NCBI GenBank assembly: GCA_046759765.1
Contig: JBHICV010000009.1
Location: 1 to 33,310 of the forward strand
DNA length: 33,310 bases
Reading direction: 5' to 3'
Origin: Acidimicrobiia bacterium
GTDB taxonomy: Bacteria; Actinomycetota; Acidimicrobiia; Spongiisociales; CAZKJJ01
The notes beneath the pieces are model-generated. The model was not told the DNA's origin and made no database searches. It was given only the letters and a program-made list of their open reading frames with translations. Shown here in pieces: positions 25,545 to 33,310 of the stretch (positions within the stretch are counted from its first letter, which is position 1; the number at the start of each line of letters is the position of its first letter). The position numbers and the translations under genes are program-made.

Positions 25545-26234
25545 ATGGCAACCTCGCGGACAGTGCGACCACCGGTGGCGGCGATGTCGATTACCACCGG
25601 CGCCATTGTCGCGATCGTGTTCCTGCTGCTGGGAATCCTGGCCACCGTGGCTCACAGCCAGCTGTTGTTCTTCGATCAGCCCATTCGTAAGGCCATTCTC
25701 GACGTCGGTGCGTTGGTCAGCGTGGATGTCATGGAGTCGGTTGGCTCGCTGGGTTCCCGCTACGTGCTGTGGCCGCTGACCCTCGCCGGCTCGATTCTCG
25801 TTTGGCGCCACTGCAGGCAGCTCGCCGTCCTGCTGCTGGCCACTGCCGTGACTGCCTTGGCAGTGGAGCTATTCCTAAAGTTCCTCGTAGCCCGACCGCG
25901 GCCGGCCGACGTGGGATTTGGGGCCTCGTTTCCGAGCGGCCACGTGGTAGCCGCCATGGCCTGGTGGGGACTCGTGCCGGCGCTGCTGTATGTGATGACC
26001 CGACGACGTTGGGTGTGGGCGACAGCCATGGTTGCCATGGTGGCGATAGTCCTGGCCGTCGGTACCAGCCGCGTCCTTCTGTCGGCCCACTGGCCCTCAG
26101 ACGTCGTCGGGGGGATCCTGCTCGGGTTCGTGTTCTTGGCCGTGGCTGAGTGGGCGATCCGACGAGACTGGCCGTGGCCGCGATGTGGCGCCTGTGTCGT
26201 GCACAACCCCACCGCAACGGTCCTGTCGACTTAG
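25545..26234 (+). CDS. PAP2-family membrane phosphatase
   Basis: C1 KFLVARPRP, C2 SFPSGH, C3 SRVLLSAHWPSDV; C-terminal CGAC. Confidence 0.9.
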   Translation: MATSRTVRPPVAAMSITTGAIVAIVFLLLGILATVAHSQLLFFDQPIRKAILDVGALVSVDVMESVGSLGSRYVLWPLTLAGSILVWRHCRQLAVLLLATAVTALAVELFLKFLVARPRPADVGFGASFPSGHVVAAMAWWGLVPALLYVMTRRRWVWATAMVAMVAIVLAVGTSRVLLSAHWPSDVVGGILLGFVFLAVAEWAIRRDWPWPRCGACVVHNPTATVLST

Positions 26235-26376
26235 ACGCCGGCCCCTTTGCACGTGGCTGGCCAACGGGTGATCCGCACGACGCCTGGCGCCGGCCCACCG
26301 GCTTGAAGTGGCACATTCCGGCCAGGTGCTCGGCTTAGAAATGATCGGTAGGTTTCGGTCACCCTTCTAAGTGCTG

Positions 26377-26841
26377 ATGCTCCACGTAGCCCTTCATGAG
26401 CCGGAGATACCTCCCAACACCGGCAACGTGATGCGGCTGTGTGCCAACACGGGCACCAGGCTGCATCTGATCGAGCCGCTGGCGTTTGATCTGGATGACC
26501 GCCGGCTTCGCCGCGCCGGTCTCGACTATCGGGAGTGGGCGGACGTAACGACGCACCCCACCTTGGAGGCTTTCGTCGAAGGGGTGGCCCCGAACCACGT
26601 GGTGGCCTGCTCGACAAGAGCGCCGGCCGTTTACTCGGATCACCGGTTCGAGACGGGCGACGCGCTGCTCTTTGGGAAGGAGTCCACCGGACTCGATCCC
26701 GACGTACTCTCTTCGACCCTCGTCGACGAAGTGGTCAGGATTCCGATGGGCCCCAAGAGCCGGAGCCTCAACCTGTCCAACTCCGTGGCGGTAGTGCTAT
26801 ATGAGGCGCTGCGCCAATTGGGCTTCAGCGGACTCTCGTAG
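26377..26841 (+). CDS. trmL: tRNA (cytidine/uridine(34)-2'-O)-methyltransferase
   Basis: PEIPPNTGN, LHLIEPL, LRRAGLDY, FGKESTGL, RIPM...RSLNLSN. Confidence 0.95.
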   Translation: MLHVALHEPEIPPNTGNVMRLCANTGTRLHLIEPLAFDLDDRRLRRAGLDYREWADVTTHPTLEAFVEGVAPNHVVACSTRAPAVYSDHRFETGDALLFGKESTGLDPDVLSSTLVDEVVRIPMGPKSRSLNLSNSVAVVLYEALRQLGFSGLS

Positions 26842-26849
26842 TCGTCTGG

Positions 26850-26981
26850 TCAGTTTCGGCGTTGGAGCCGCCTGCGTAGCACGACGAGGACGACGAACAG
26901 CATCGCGATGAGGCCGGCTATCGCCAACTGAGGGGGCGTCAGAGCAACGACCATTTCGTCCGAGTCGAGCCGGTTATCCAC
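26850..26981 (-). CDS. Small single-TM protein (43 aa)
   Basis: GTG overlaps the peptidase stop (TAGTG); hydrophobic helix followed by RRRLQRRN. Confidence 0.5.
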   Translation of the reverse strand: MDNRLDSDEMVVALTPPQLAIAGLIAMLFVVLVVLRRRLQRRN

Positions 26982-28324
26982 TATTGCCCTTCGTTGGCGA
27001 GTAGACGAAGGGCGATTGCCTCGGCCAGGCAACTCCGCTGTAGATCCCCGAGGTCGACGCTCTCATTTGGGCCATGTGCCCGGCTGGATGGATCGGCAGA
27101 CCCGACTAACAGGATGCTGGCTTCCGGATACAACTCTGCGAGGGCCGACACGAATGGAATGGATCCGCCCACGCCCATCTCTACCGCGTCCGTGCTCCAA
27201 GCCTCCTGAAAAGCCCGGCGGTAGGCGTCGTAGGCCGGTCCAGCCGTATCCAGCCGGAAGGGTTTGCCCTTCGAGCCGGGCGTGACCGTCACCTGTACGC
27301 CCCAGGGCGCAGCCCCTTCCAGATGGTGGACGAGCGAGTTGATGGCCCTGGTCGGGTCATCGCCGGGAGCCAGCCGCACGCTCACTTTGGCTCGGGCGAC
27401 CGGCACCAGTTGGTTGATCGCCTCATCGACAGGCGGGGCGTCGATGGCCAGCACCGAGATGGCCGGCTGGGACCACAGCCGAGACGTCAGCGGTCCTCTC
27501 CCGATCAGCTCAACGCCATCCACGACGCCGGCTTGGCTGCGAAGTTCATCGTTGGAGTATTCGAGCCCCGATTCCTCGTAGCTGACCAGGCCGGGTACCG
27601 CCGGCCGCCCGTCTGCCTGGTGCAAGCTCGCCAGAATGCGCGCGAGCGACGTCAAAGCGTCGGGGAGGGGCCCGCCAAACTGACCTGAGTGGACCGCAGC
27701 CTCTAGGACACGTACCTCGACCTCGCAGTCGATCAATCCCCTCAGCGACGTGGTGAAGGTCGGCCGGCCGACTTTCCAGTTACCGGCATCGGCGATCACG
27801 ATCGCGTCGGCCGTTAACAGTGAGCCGTAGACCTCCAGGAACTGTGGAAGGTGCTCCGAGCCGGACTCCTCTTCTCCCTCGAGAAATACCTTGACGCCGA
27901 CGGGCGGGCGACCCCGGTGGGCACGTAAGGCAGTGAGGTGCATGACGACTCCGCTTTTGTCATCAGACGAACCGCGCCCGTAGAGCCTTCCGTTCCGCTC
28001 CTGAGGCTCGAATGGCGGCGAGTCCCATTCAGACGATGGCCCCGGTGGCTGAACGTCGTGATGGGCGTAAAGAAGCACGGTAGGTGCTCCGGGCGCAGCC
28101 GGTATCTCGCCGAAGACGGCGGGATGGGCGCCGTCCATCTCGAGTAGCCGCGCGTCTTGCATTCCCACGTCCTGCAAGAGATCGGCGGCTGCTAGAGCTG
28201 ACCGCCGGACGGGGTCAGCGTCGAAGCCGGCCCTGCTCACGGAGGGTATGCGAATGAGATCTTCGAGGGTTGATCGGGTCCAGCCGGTTAGCTCATCAAC
28301 CGCGGCTTTGAGGTCGTCGTTCAC
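26981..28324 (-). CDS. M20 family dipeptidase
   Basis: [47 protein letters not shown]. Confidence 0.92.
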   Translation of the reverse strand: MNDDLKAAVDELTGWTRSTLEDLIRIPSVSRAGFDADPVRRSALAAADLLQDVGMQDARLLEMDGAHPAVFGEIPAAPGAPTVLLYAHHDVQPPGPSSEWDSPPFEPQERNGRLYGRGSSDDKSGVVMHLTALRAHRGRPPVGVKVFLEGEEESGSEHLPQFLEVYGSLLTADAIVIADAGNWKVGRPTFTTSLRGLIDCEVEVRVLEAAVHSGQFGGPLPDALTSLARILASLHQADGRPAVPGLVSYEESGLEYSNDELRSQAGVVDGVELIGRGPLTSRLWSQPAISVLAIDAPPVDEAINQLVPVARAKVSVRLAPGDDPTRAINSLVHHLEGAAPWGVQVTVTPGSKGKPFRLDTAGPAYDAYRRAFQEAWSTDAVEMGVGGSIPFVSALAELYPEASILLVGSADPSSRAHGPNESVDLGDLQRSCLAEAIALRLLANEGQ

Positions 28325-28437
28325 GCCGAGCGGAGGCTAGCGGTCAGGGGTCGCGAATTAACTGTCGCCTGGGCCGTCACGGACCGTGGCGGTTCACTAG
28401 GTTCGACGTGCGCGATCGTCTGCAGAAAGGTACCCGC

Positions 28438-28902
28438 ATGGAGATTGGAGTAACAGTCAACGGGCAGCGGGTAGCGGCAGATGTCGAACCCCGGCAGCTC
28501 CTCGTCGAGTTTCTCCGCGAGGATCTGGGTCTCACCGGCACCAACGTTGGTTGCGATACCAGCCAGTGTGGATCGTGCACGGTTCACCTCGACGGCAAGG
28601 CGGTCAAGTCTTGCACCGTTCTCGCCGTCCAGGCCGATGGGGGCGACGTCACCACGATTGAGGGGCTGGCCAAGGACGGCGAGCTCCATCCGATGCAGAG
28701 GGCCTTCACTGAGACGCACGGTCTTCAGTGCGGCTTCTGCACGCCGGGAATGATCATGGCCGCAATTCCCATCGCCCAATCGAACGGAGGCCTGTCCTCC
28801 GGAGAGATCCGAGAAGCACTCGAAGGCAACCTGTGCCGCTGCACGGGCTACCACAACATCGTCAAGGCCGTGCAACAGGCCGCGGGCGAGATGACTGGAT
28901 GA
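28438..28902 (+). CDS. coxS: Molybdenum hydroxylase / CODH-like small [2Fe-2S] subunit
   Basis: [38 protein letters not shown] before ATG 28438. Confidence 0.92.
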   Translation: MEIGVTVNGQRVAADVEPRQLLVEFLREDLGLTGTNVGCDTSQCGSCTVHLDGKAVKSCTVLAVQADGGDVTTIEGLAKDGELHPMQRAFTETHGLQCGFCTPGMIMAAIPIAQSNGGLSSGEIREALEGNLCRCTGYHNIVKAVQQAAGEMTG

Positions 28903-28912
28903 GGAGGCGCAC

Positions 28913-31264
28913 ATGACGACGAAAGCTTTTGGAGAAGCTGTCCAACGCCTCGAGGACCCTCGCCTGATCACGGGCCAAGCCCGCTTCACGGACGACGTGA
29001 CGCTGCCAGGAACCGCACACCTGGTTGTGGTTCGTTCGCTACTGGCCCATGCTCGGATCCGGAGTGTGGATGTAGCGCAGGCCAAGGCCATGCCGGGAGT
29101 GGTTGGCGTCTACACGGGCGACGACCTATCGGCGTTCGGGCACAGCGGTATTCCGTGTGCCTGGATCGTGCCCATGTCGGGCTGTGTAGCTCCGGACCAC
29201 CCACCCGTGGCAATCGATCGGGTCCGCTATGTCGGTGACGCTGTTGCCGTTGTCGTTGCCGAGACGGAAGCCCAAGCACGAGACGCGGCAGCTGCCGTGG
29301 AGGTCGACTACGAGCCTCTCGAGGTAGTCACCAATGCGTGGGAGGCCGCACAAGACGGCGCTCCGCTGGTACACGACGACGTCCCCAACAACATCGGCAT
29401 GCACTGGGTGATGTCCGGTGGCGACGTGGACTCTGCCTTCGAAGAGGCGGACGTGACCGTCTCGGAGCGGCTGATCAACCAGCGGCTGATACCCAACGCC
29501 ATGGAGCCGCGCTCGGCACTGGCACAGTGGGACTCGGCGATGGGGGAGGTGACGCTCTATGTGACGTCGCAGAACCCACATATCGCCCGGTACCTGCTGT
29601 CGCTGGACACCGGAATCCCGGAGCACAAGATCAGGGTCATCTCGAAGGACATCGGCGGTGGCTTCGGGAGCAAGATCCCGCATTATCCGGAAGACTCGAT
29701 CGTGATCTTCGCGGCCAGACAACTAGGCCGGCCGGTCAAGTGGACCGAGACCCGCTCGGAGAACTATCAGGCGACGATCCACGGGCGCGACCACGTCCAG
29801 GAGATCGAGATGGCGGCTACCAAAGACGGCAAGATCACTGCCATCCGGGGCACTGTCTGGGCAAACATGGGCGGCTACATGTCGACGGCCGCACCGGGCG
29901 TGCCGACGATCCTCCACGGGCTCATGTTGTCCGGGGCGTACGACATCCCGAACCTCAAGGAAGAGGTCTACGCGATGTTCACCAACACGACCCCGGTCGA
30001 TGCTTACCGAGGCGCGGGTCGTCCGGAGGCCACGCTGATCGTCGAGCGGCTCGTCGACCTGATGGCGAAGAAACTGGACATGGATCCGGTGGAGTTCCGC
30101 CGCAACAATCTCATTCCTCCATTCACGGACGGGCATGAGGTAGCGAGCGGGATCACGTATGACTCTGGCAACTACGAGGCGGCTCTGGACAAGGCTCTGG
30201 AAATGGCCGGGTACGACGACCTTCGTGCTCGGCAGGCCGAGCTGAGGAAGGAAGGCCGGTACCTCGGAATCGGGGTCACGACCTATGTCGAGATCTGCGG
30301 TCTGGGACCCTCTCAAGTCGCCGGAGCCGTCGGCTTCGGAGGCGGCCTCTGGGAGGGAGCGATCCTTCGCGTGCTTGCCTCCGGCAAGGTGAAGCTGATG
30401 GTGGGTGTCAACCCGCACGGCCAAGGCGAGGAGACGACCTTCGCTCAAATCGTGGCCGATGAGCTGGGCATGCCGGTCGAGGACGTCGAGGTCGTTTACG
30501 GCGATACCGAGCGCACGCCGATGGGCTGGGGCACGTACGGCAGCCGCACCACGGCCGTCGCCAGTGGAGCGATCTCGGGTGCAATCGAGAAGATCAAGGA
30601 CAAAGGCGCCAAGATCGCCGCGCATCTGCTCGAGGCCTCACCGGAGGACATCGAGTTCGAGGACGGCAAGTTCTTCGTGAAGGGCTCGCCCGATCAGGCC
30701 AAGACCATCCAGGAGATCGCCGTCATGGCGAACGTGGCTTGGGACATGCCGGAAGGCGTGGATCCTGGTCTGGAGGCGTCCTCGTTCTTCGACCCCGCCA
30801 ACTTCGTCTATCCCTTCGGGACCCATATCGCGGTCGTGGAGGTCGACGCGGAGACGGGCGAGATTGACTTGCTGCGCTACGTCGCAGTGGATGACTGCGG
30901 GCGGATCATCAACCCGATGATCGTCGACGGCCAGGTCCACGGCGGTGTCACTCAGGGAGTTGGCCAGGTGTTCTGGGAAGGCGCCGTCTACGACGACGAC
31001 GGCAACCTGGTGACCGGATCGATGATGGACTACGCAGTCCCGAAGGCTCACTTCCTGCCGGACTTCGAGGTGGACAAGACCGAGACGCCCTCTCCTGTGA
31101 ACCCATTAGGGGTCAAGGGGGTCGGTGAGACCGGCACGATTGCCTCGACCGCGACCGCCTACAACGCGGTCATAGATGCTCTGGCTCCACTTGGCGTGGA
31201 GAGTCTGGACATGCCGTTCACACCGGAGCGAGTCTGGCGAGCGATCGCGGAAGGAGGTGCGTGA
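28913..31264 (+). CDS. coxL: Molybdopterin large subunit, form II CoxL-like
   Basis: [17 protein letters not shown], active-site AYRGAGR (form II), [23 protein letters not shown]. Confidence 0.9.
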   Translation: MTTKAFGEAVQRLEDPRLITGQARFTDDVTLPGTAHLVVVRSLLAHARIRSVDVAQAKAMPGVVGVYTGDDLSAFGHSGIPCAWIVPMSGCVAPDHPPVAIDRVRYVGDAVAVVVAETEAQARDAAAAVEVDYEPLEVVTNAWEAAQDGAPLVHDDVPNNIGMHWVMSGGDVDSAFEEADVTVSERLINQRLIPNAMEPRSALAQWDSAMGEVTLYVTSQNPHIARYLLSLDTGIPEHKIRVISKDIGGGFGSKIPHYPEDSIVIFAARQLGRPVKWTETRSENYQATIHGRDHVQEIEMAATKDGKITAIRGTVWANMGGYMSTAAPGVPTILHGLMLSGAYDIPNLKEEVYAMFTNTTPVDAYRGAGRPEATLIVERLVDLMAKKLDMDPVEFRRNNLIPPFTDGHEVASGITYDSGNYEAALDKALEMAGYDDLRARQAELRKEGRYLGIGVTTYVEICGLGPSQVAGAVGFGGGLWEGAILRVLASGKVKLMVGVNPHGQGEETTFAQIVADELGMPVEDVEVVYGDTERTPMGWGTYGSRTTAVASGAISGAIEKIKDKGAKIAAHLLEASPEDIEFEDGKFFVKGSPDQAKTIQEIAVMANVAWDMPEGVDPGLEASSFFDPANFVYPFGTHIAVVEVDAETGEIDLLRYVAVDDCGRIINPMIVDGQVHGGVTQGVGQVFWEGAVYDDDGNLVTGSMMDYAVPKAHFLPDFEVDKTETPSPVNPLGVKGVGETGTIASTATAYNAVIDALAPLGVESLDMPFTPERVWRAIAEGGA

Positions 31265-32121
31265 TGCAACCGACGGCGTTCGATTACCACCGTCCCGACA
31301 CGCTCGAGGAAGCAATTGACCTGCTCTCGTCGGTGGATGGAGCACGAGCCCTGGCCGGAGGGCACAGCCTGCTTCCGGCCATGAAGCTCAGGCTTTCCAA
31401 TCCGGCCGCGCTGGTCGATGTCGGACGGATTCCTGGCCTGGCCGCTATCACGGCCTCTAACGGTCATATCGAGATCGGCGGGCTGACTACCCACGCCGAG
31501 ATCGAGCACTCGGAGCTGGTTGCCACCCAGTGCGCGGTCCTCTCGGATGCGGCCGCGACGATCGGTGACCCCGCGGTTCGGAACCGCGGCACGATAGGAG
31601 GCAGTTTGGCTCATGCCGATCCCGCGGCCGACTTCCCGACGGTGATAGTGGCTCTTGGTGCCAAGATCACTGCGCAGGGAAAGGACGGCGCTCGGGAGAT
31701 ATCTGGGGAGGAGTTCTTCCGAGGACTCTTCGCCACAGCTCTTGCCGAAGACGAGATCATCACGTCGGTCCATGTACCGGCGTTGGGTTCCGGGAGTGGC
31801 AGCGCCTATATCAAGCACAAGCATCCGGCATCGGGATATGCCGTCGTGGGGGTGGCGGCGGTCGTTCACCAAGATGGGGGTTCGATCTCCGACGCCCGTG
31901 TCGCCATCGGTGGCGCGACTGCTAATCCTGAGCTCGTCGATGCGTCGGGCCTCACAGGAGGCGCAGCAACCGAGGACGGAATCGCCGCGGTCGCGGCCGC
32001 AGTGGGGGAAGCGATCTCCGACCCCATCGGCGACGTGTATGCCTCGGGCGAGTACCGCGTCCATTTGGCCGGGGTGCTCACCAAGAGGGCCTTACAGCGG
32101 GCGATCGAGCGAGCGGGCTGA
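31261..32121 (+). CDS. coxM: FAD-binding medium subunit
   Basis: LAGGHSLLPAMKLRL, IGDPAVRNRGTIGGSLAHADPAAD. Confidence 0.92.
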   Translation: MMQPTAFDYHRPDTLEEAIDLLSSVDGARALAGGHSLLPAMKLRLSNPAALVDVGRIPGLAAITASNGHIEIGGLTTHAEIEHSELVATQCAVLSDAAATIGDPAVRNRGTIGGSLAHADPAADFPTVIVALGAKITAQGKDGAREISGEEFFRGLFATALAEDEIITSVHVPALGSGSGSAYIKHKHPASGYAVVGVAAVVHQDGGSISDARVAIGGATANPELVDASGLTGGAATEDGIAAVAAAVGEAISDPIGDVYASGEYRVHLAGVLTKRALQRAIERAG

Positions 32122-32137
32122 GAGGCTGCTCGCAACA

Positions 32138-32169
32138 GGGTGCGGGGCCTCGGGGGAGGCTCCGCACTC
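32138..32169 (+). terminator. 14-bp hairpin after coxM, possible terminator
   Basis: GGGTGCGGGGCCTC-gggg-GAGGCTCCGCACTC followed by GCGTTTCTCGTTTT. Confidence 0.55.
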
Positions 32170-32178
32170 GCGTTTCTC

Positions 32179-32287
32179 GTTTTGGTGACGCCTATCCGGC
32201 TATGCGGTGGGTAAACGTCACAGAAACCGGAGCCTCAGGTTCTTGTGACGCCTATCCACCTATGCGGTGGGTAAACGTCACAAGAAC
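32179..32287. repeat. Tandem pair of 49-bp REP-like palindromes, family A, inverted orientation (32179-32227 and 32239-32287, 60-bp period)
   Basis: GTTTTGGTGACG...CGTCACAGAAAC and GTTCTTGTGACG...CGTCACAAGAAC; the second copy carries CACCTAT, the reverse complement of the ATAGGTG core. Confidence 0.9.
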
Positions 32288-32321
32288 GGAGAAGCCACCC
32301 GCCCCACTACCATCGCCCTTC

Positions 32322-33209
32322 GTGACTTTCGCGACTCCGGACGAGACCCTCGAGGCGCTGGCCTCCCAGCGGTATGTGGCTGACCGCGGCCTGGCCGTGG
32401 CCGTATTCCTGTCGCTCGAGCTCGGCCGGCCTCTCTTCCTCGAGGGAGAAGCCGGGGTGGGCAAGACAGAGGTCGCCAAGGTCTTGTCGGCGGCGCTTGG
32501 CGAGGAGCTCATCCGACTCCAGTGCTATGAAGGCCTCGACGTGTCTCACGCCCTGTACGAGTGGGATTACGCCCGCCAAATGCTGGCCATTCGCCTGATC
32601 GAGGCCCGCGGCGAGGGAGCCGCGGCCGACGTTAGCGACATCATGAGCCGCGAATTTCTTCTGGCACGGCCGTTGCTGCAGGCGGTTGAGGCCGCCTCCG
32701 ACGACCGGAGGCCTGTGCTTCTGATCGACGAGATCGACCGGGCAGACGAGGAGTTCGAGGCCTACCTGCTGGAGCTGCTGTCCGACTTCCAGGTGACGAT
32801 CCCCGAGATCGGCACGATTACCGCGTCCCGCCCCCCGATCGTCGTGGTCACATCCAATCGCACGCGCGAGATACATGATGCCCTGAAGCGTCGGTGTATC
32901 TATCACTGGATCGACTACCCGGATTTCGAGCGCGAGGTCGCCATCGTGACCCGCAAGGTCCCGGGCATATCCGAGAGCTTGGCCGGCGAGTTGGCCCGCG
33001 CCATGGAGCAGCTCCGCGAGATGAACCTGTTCAAGCCACCCGGGGTGGCCGAGACGCTCGATTGGGCCGCGGCTCTCCACGCGCTCGGTCGCGCCCACCT
33101 GAACGCGGACATTGCCGACGACACGATCGGCGTCGTGCTCAAGTATCAAGAGGACATCGAGAGAGTCCGTGCCGCCGGCATCGAGCAGGTGCTCGAGGCT
33201 GCCGGTTAG
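32322..33209 (+). CDS. coxD: MoxR-family AAA+ ATPase, CoxD-like
   Basis: LEGEAGVGKT, RLQCYEGLD..ALYEWDY, LLIDEIDRAD, TSNRTREIHDALKRRC; start moved to GTG 32322 because the longer ORF runs through the repeats. Confidence 0.9.
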   Translation: MTFATPDETLEALASQRYVADRGLAVAVFLSLELGRPLFLEGEAGVGKTEVAKVLSAALGEELIRLQCYEGLDVSHALYEWDYARQMLAIRLIEARGEGAAADVSDIMSREFLLARPLLQAVEAASDDRRPVLLIDEIDRADEEFEAYLLELLSDFQVTIPEIGTITASRPPIVVVTSNRTREIHDALKRRCIYHWIDYPDFEREVAIVTRKVPGISESLAGELARAMEQLREMNLFKPPGVAETLDWAAALHALGRAHLNADIADDTIGVVLKYQEDIERVRAAGIEQVLEAAG

Positions 33210-33310
33210 ATGGCGGACGCTCTCACTTCCAACCTCATCCATTTCTCCCGCTACCTGCGTTCGCAGGGCCTGCCGATCGTGCCGGAGACTTCAGCGCTTC
33301 TGTTGAGGGC
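33210..33310 (+). CDS. coxE: VWA-domain CoxE-like protein, 5' fragment (cut by window end)
   Basis: ATG directly after the coxD stop; MADALTSNLIHFSRYLRSQGLPI fits the CoxE N-terminal pattern and the expected gene order. Confidence 0.7.
   Translation, partial: MADALTSNLIHFSRYLRSQGLPIVPETSALLLR

Noticed and set aside
32202..32321. Repeated N-terminal extension of CoxD (MRWVNVT twice)
   Set aside because: It is a translation of the tandem DNA palindromes; the likely start is GTG 32322.

Overview
High-GC, gene-dense bacterial chromosome segment. NucS, PolX, a LigD-type Prim-Pol and many apparently leaderless genes point to Actinomycetota; Acidimicrobiia is my inference. The window opens inside the 3' end of a tRNA-Lys(UUU) and ends in a form II cox cluster (coxS-L-M-D-E'). 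Between them lie mostly housekeeping and repair genes (5'-3' exonuclease, polX, nucS, nnrE, nhaA, trmL, sseA, M20 peptidase). The best candidate for an undescribed system is at 498-4640. A 1275-aa wHTH/BTAD-STAND ATPase-TPR-HTH regulator is followed 87 bp later by a 31-codon ORF missing from the ORF track (4413-4508). That ORF has a strong Shine-Dalgarno site and encodes a Sec-type signal peptide plus the heptapeptide EITNMHG, preceded by SARP-like 11-bp direct repeats. The layout resembles RRNPP receptor/pro-peptide signalling cassettes but uses a different receptor scaffold. Other notable items: an endonuclease IV-LigD polymerase fusion; seven 49-50 bp REP-like palindromes in two sequence families with the same geometry, one of which supplies the stop codon of a MoaD-like gene; an operon of a membrane-anchored RHH-like protein, an RPH-like dikinase, a membrane protein and a PAP2 phosphatase; a DUF1648 gene split by one in-frame stop; and a 15-codon flavodoxin-like remnant. 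All family assignments come from motif recognition by eye; no database searches were run.
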